Part shown: piece by piece, positions 61,473 to 64,000 of the stretch | Numbering within the stretch: the stretch's first letter is position 1 | Layout of the letters: each line of letters opens with the position of its first letter | Origin: an uncultured virus (IMG/VR IMGVR_UViG_3300040971_000013) | Lineage: Duplodnaviria > Heunggongvirae > Uroviricota > Caudoviricetes | Length of the DNA stretch: 64,000 nucleotides | Virus record (IMG/VR): IMGVR_UViG_3300040971_000013 | Reading direction: 5' to 3' (one strand) | Made by a program: the position numbers and the translations under genes | Notes under the pieces: generated by a model | The model's input: the letters and a program-made list of their open reading frames with translations, nothing else | Told to the model about the DNA's origin: nothing | The model's database searches: none

Positions 61473-62360
61473 ATGATTCTTTATGATTTTTCTGGTACTT
61501 TGTTTGCTGCTATCCATGTTTCCCTTGCTCAGAATGGATCTATTGTTACAGAAGAAAAGTTTCTAAGACATCTGGTGATCAACTCTCTACGTCATTGTAA
61601 TAACAAGTATAAAGACAAATATGGAGAGATGGTTGTCTGTCTAGATTCTCGTGATGGATACTGGAGAAAGAAGGAAATATTTCCGTACTACAAATATGGA
61701 AGAAAAGAAGGACGTGAGGCTTCTGCTATTGATTGGAGCGCTATCTTTGTATCAATCAATAAGATTGTTGAAGAAGTAAAGACGTATTTTCCATATAAGG
61801 TTCTACAAGTTCCACTCTGTGAAGCTGATGATCTGATTGCTGTTCTAGCTAAGAATGCTGAAGAACTAACAGAAAAGAATATCCTTGATGAAATGACTCA
61901 TCCTGTTTTGATTGTTTCTAACGATAAAGACATGAAACAATTGCACAAATATAAATGGGTTAGACAGTACTTTCCACAGAAGGATGCTATTCTAAGAGAA
62001 GCTGATCCAAAAATGTTTTTGATTGAACAGATTCTGAAAGGCGATAAAGGCGACGGTATTCCAAATGTTAGATCTGCTGCTGATTCGTTTGTTGTTGGAA
62101 AAAGACAGCTTCCAGTAACAGCAAAGTTCATTCGAGAATTCCTAGAGATGGGAACTGCTGCTTTTACTACTGCAGAATATGATCGTTACCGCGACAATAA
62201 GAAGCTGATTGATCTTTCAGAGATCCCTGATAAATATGAACAGCAGATAATTGAAGCATACAAGTCAGCAAAACCAAATACCAACAAGATGGATCTCATG
62301 AAGTATTTTTGTGCAACAGATTTGAAACAGTGCTTAGAGAAGATATCTGAATTTTACTAA
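61473..62360 (+). CDS. rnh: T4 RNase H-like 5'-3' exonuclease
   Basis: YWR..FPYYK..R, EADD, SNDKD..QL, GDKGDGIPN. Confidence 0.93.
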   Translation: MILYDFSGTLFAAIHVSLAQNGSIVTEEKFLRHLVINSLRHCNNKYKDKYGEMVVCLDSRDGYWRKKEIFPYYKYGRKEGREASAIDWSAIFVSINKIVEEVKTYFPYKVLQVPLCEADDLIAVLAKNAEELTEKNILDEMTHPVLIVSNDKDMKQLHKYKWVRQYFPQKDAILREADPKMFLIEQILKGDKGDGIPNVRSAADSFVVGKRQLPVTAKFIREFLEMGTAAFTTAEYDRYRDNKKLIDLSEIPDKYEQQIIEAYKSAKPNTNKMDLMKYFCATDLKQCLEKISEFY

Positions 62361-62372
62361 AAGGAACAAACC

Positions 62373-63449
62373 ATGGCCTACACATTACTGGAAGTGATTG
62401 AAAATCCAAGACGGATCAACAATATCGGCAGAGATACACTCTTCGACTATTTAGAAGAAGCGTCTAAAGATCAGGAACGATTTACAGCATTCATGAAGAT
62501 GCTAGATGAATTTGTTCCATGGGCTTATTCTGGTATCATGTTGGCTGCTTCTGATATCTATAGTCTAAAAGCTTTGTTTGTTGATGAAATTAAAAACGCT
62601 GGAAAAGTCAAATATGATCATGGGTCTGTCGGATTACTTCCAGCAATCAAAATGATCTATACATATTATGAGACTGGGTCTATTGTAAATGAAGTGCGTC
62701 GAGCACAGATCATGACATATGCTGAATCGACTCTAGCTTCAGATGATCATAGATTCTTTATCCGGATGATCAAACAAGATGTTTCTAAAAAGGTTATGAA
62801 AGCTCTGAAACAATTTAAAGAAGATGGTTTGATGCAGCCGAGATATGCTGAATATTTCAAGTTCTCTTATGAGAAGCCAGTTCTGTGTGATCCTGCTTCA
62901 GATTTTTCATATTTCATTCCAGTGTCCAATCTATCAGCAAAAGTAAAGTGTGAGAATGTACTATATGAGATGGATGGAACTGTCTCTTCATATAATCTGA
63001 ATACTATCTATTCTGAACTGCGTAAAAACGGAATCAACACTTTTGCTTTGCCGATTCGGTGTTTTATCTATTTTGATGGTGATGAGGCGGTTGCGTTTCA
63101 GACTCCACAAAAAATGTACTATCTCAAAAAATGTATCTCGTCTGCTGCTATCTCATTAGCAGATGTTATTGCAAAGAATCCTACTCATATTCTTGACTGT
63201 GATATTGTTACTGGAGAAATCAAAGGGTGTGCTTCAAAGGAAAATAAAGAACTTGTAGAACGTACTTTAGAAGTGAAGTCTTCATCCGTGTTAGCAATAC
63301 CAGTTCAGAATAACATCTACAGGATGCTACAGTGCGTTCTAAAGGATGATAGCTTGATTACTATATCAACATACACCGGATTCGAGAAAGCTCCTGGAAA
63401 GAAAATTAAAGTCATTGAACATAATCAGGTATTCTATCTGTTAGAATAG
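62373..63449 (+). CDS. Hypothetical protein (358 aa)
   Basis: Long ORF with AAGGA RBS. Confidence 0.6.
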   Translation: MAYTLLEVIENPRRINNIGRDTLFDYLEEASKDQERFTAFMKMLDEFVPWAYSGIMLAASDIYSLKALFVDEIKNAGKVKYDHGSVGLLPAIKMIYTYYETGSIVNEVRRAQIMTYAESTLASDDHRFFIRMIKQDVSKKVMKALKQFKEDGLMQPRYAEYFKFSYEKPVLCDPASDFSYFIPVSNLSAKVKCENVLYEMDGTVSSYNLNTIYSELRKNGINTFALPIRCFIYFDGDEAVAFQTPQKMYYLKKCISSAAISLADVIAKNPTHILDCDIVTGEIKGCASKENKELVERTLEVKSSSVLAIPVQNNIYRMLQCVLKDDSLITISTYTGFEKAPGKKIKVIEHNQVFYLLE

Positions 63450-63473
63450 AATCTTCAAAAACTTTTTCTTCTG

Positions 63474-63518
63474 AAAAGCGTTTTTCTGATTGACAGATTA
63501 ACGCTTTTTTTATATTCT
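63474..63518 (+). terminator. Terminator hairpin enclosing the -35 of an early promoter
   Basis: AAAAGCGTT...TTGACA(63490)...AACGCTTTTTT; TATTCT at 63513. Confidence 0.6.
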
Positions 63519-63767
63519 GTTTCTACCAATTGAAACGGGGGATAAATGATCTGGATAAAATCTTTTTGGATGGTTCTCATCGGATATGACTATTTTATTG
63601 TTGACGGAGAGGTCTTTGGATATTATCATAAGGCTAAACCATACTACGATAGTCTAAACGAATCACATGTTGTTATGCTCGGCTACAATATTATTATTGG
63701 CAGGACTTCAAAGGTTCATGAAAAATATAACCGGAACGGCACGTCTGTTCAATTCTAGGAGATTCAC

Positions 63768-64000
63768 ATGTTGGCTTACACAAAAGATCTAAAAGTTTTT
63801 CGGTCTAAGGATTTCAACTATAACTTCGATATGAAGACAGGATTCACTCAACTCTGGGGAAGAACTGTTGATGAAGATCCGGAAGTTGCTCCGTTTCCTG
63901 TCATAGCCGACATAGAGATTACAGAGGTTTGTACTGGACCTGGAGTTGGATCACCTCAAGGCGGCGCTTGCAAATTTTGTTATAAATCAAATGTTCCTCA
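63768..64000 (+). CDS. Radical SAM protein (3' truncated by window edge)
   Basis: AGGAG RBS; ADIEITEVC-x12-CKFCY. Confidence 0.7.
   Translation, partial: MLAYTKDLKVFRSKDFNYNFDMKTGFTQLWGRTVDEDPEVAPFPVIADIEITEVCTGPGVGSPQGGACKFCYKSNVP

Noticed and set aside
1..64000. Impression that GATC is over-represented
   Set aside because: Cannot be quantified by eye; it needs an observed/expected tetranucleotide count.

Overview
A 64-kb AT-rich segment of a large T4-like (Tevenvirinae-related) myophage genome, almost entirely coded on the + strand with the standard genetic code. The class III RNR suggests an anaerobic or facultative host. It carries the replication core (gp45, gp44/62, gp43, UvsX, gp41, topoisomerase II, gp61, ligase, RNase H), nucleotide metabolism (NrdD/G, ThyX, dCMP deaminase, dUTPase, dNMP kinase), an RNA-repair toolkit, a DNA-modification-like cluster, and many small early genes behind repeated sigma70-type promoters. 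Main observations: (1) The DNA polymerase is encoded in three polypeptides. It appears to need a non-covalent split, self-splicing of a 249-nt ORF-less group I intron inside motif B (missed by the ORF track), and trans-splicing of a split intein at the catalytic DTD/S site. (2) UvsX and gp41 also carry split inteins, and the three loci look like successive stages of homing-endonuclease loss. (3) In several early promoters the -35/-10 spacer is complementary to the downstream RBS or forms a terminator, suggesting built-in insulation from read-through. (4) About ten genes start with T4-type capsid-targeting sequences. All calls come from reading motifs by eye; no database searches were run. There is a 100-N assembly gap at 61116-61215.
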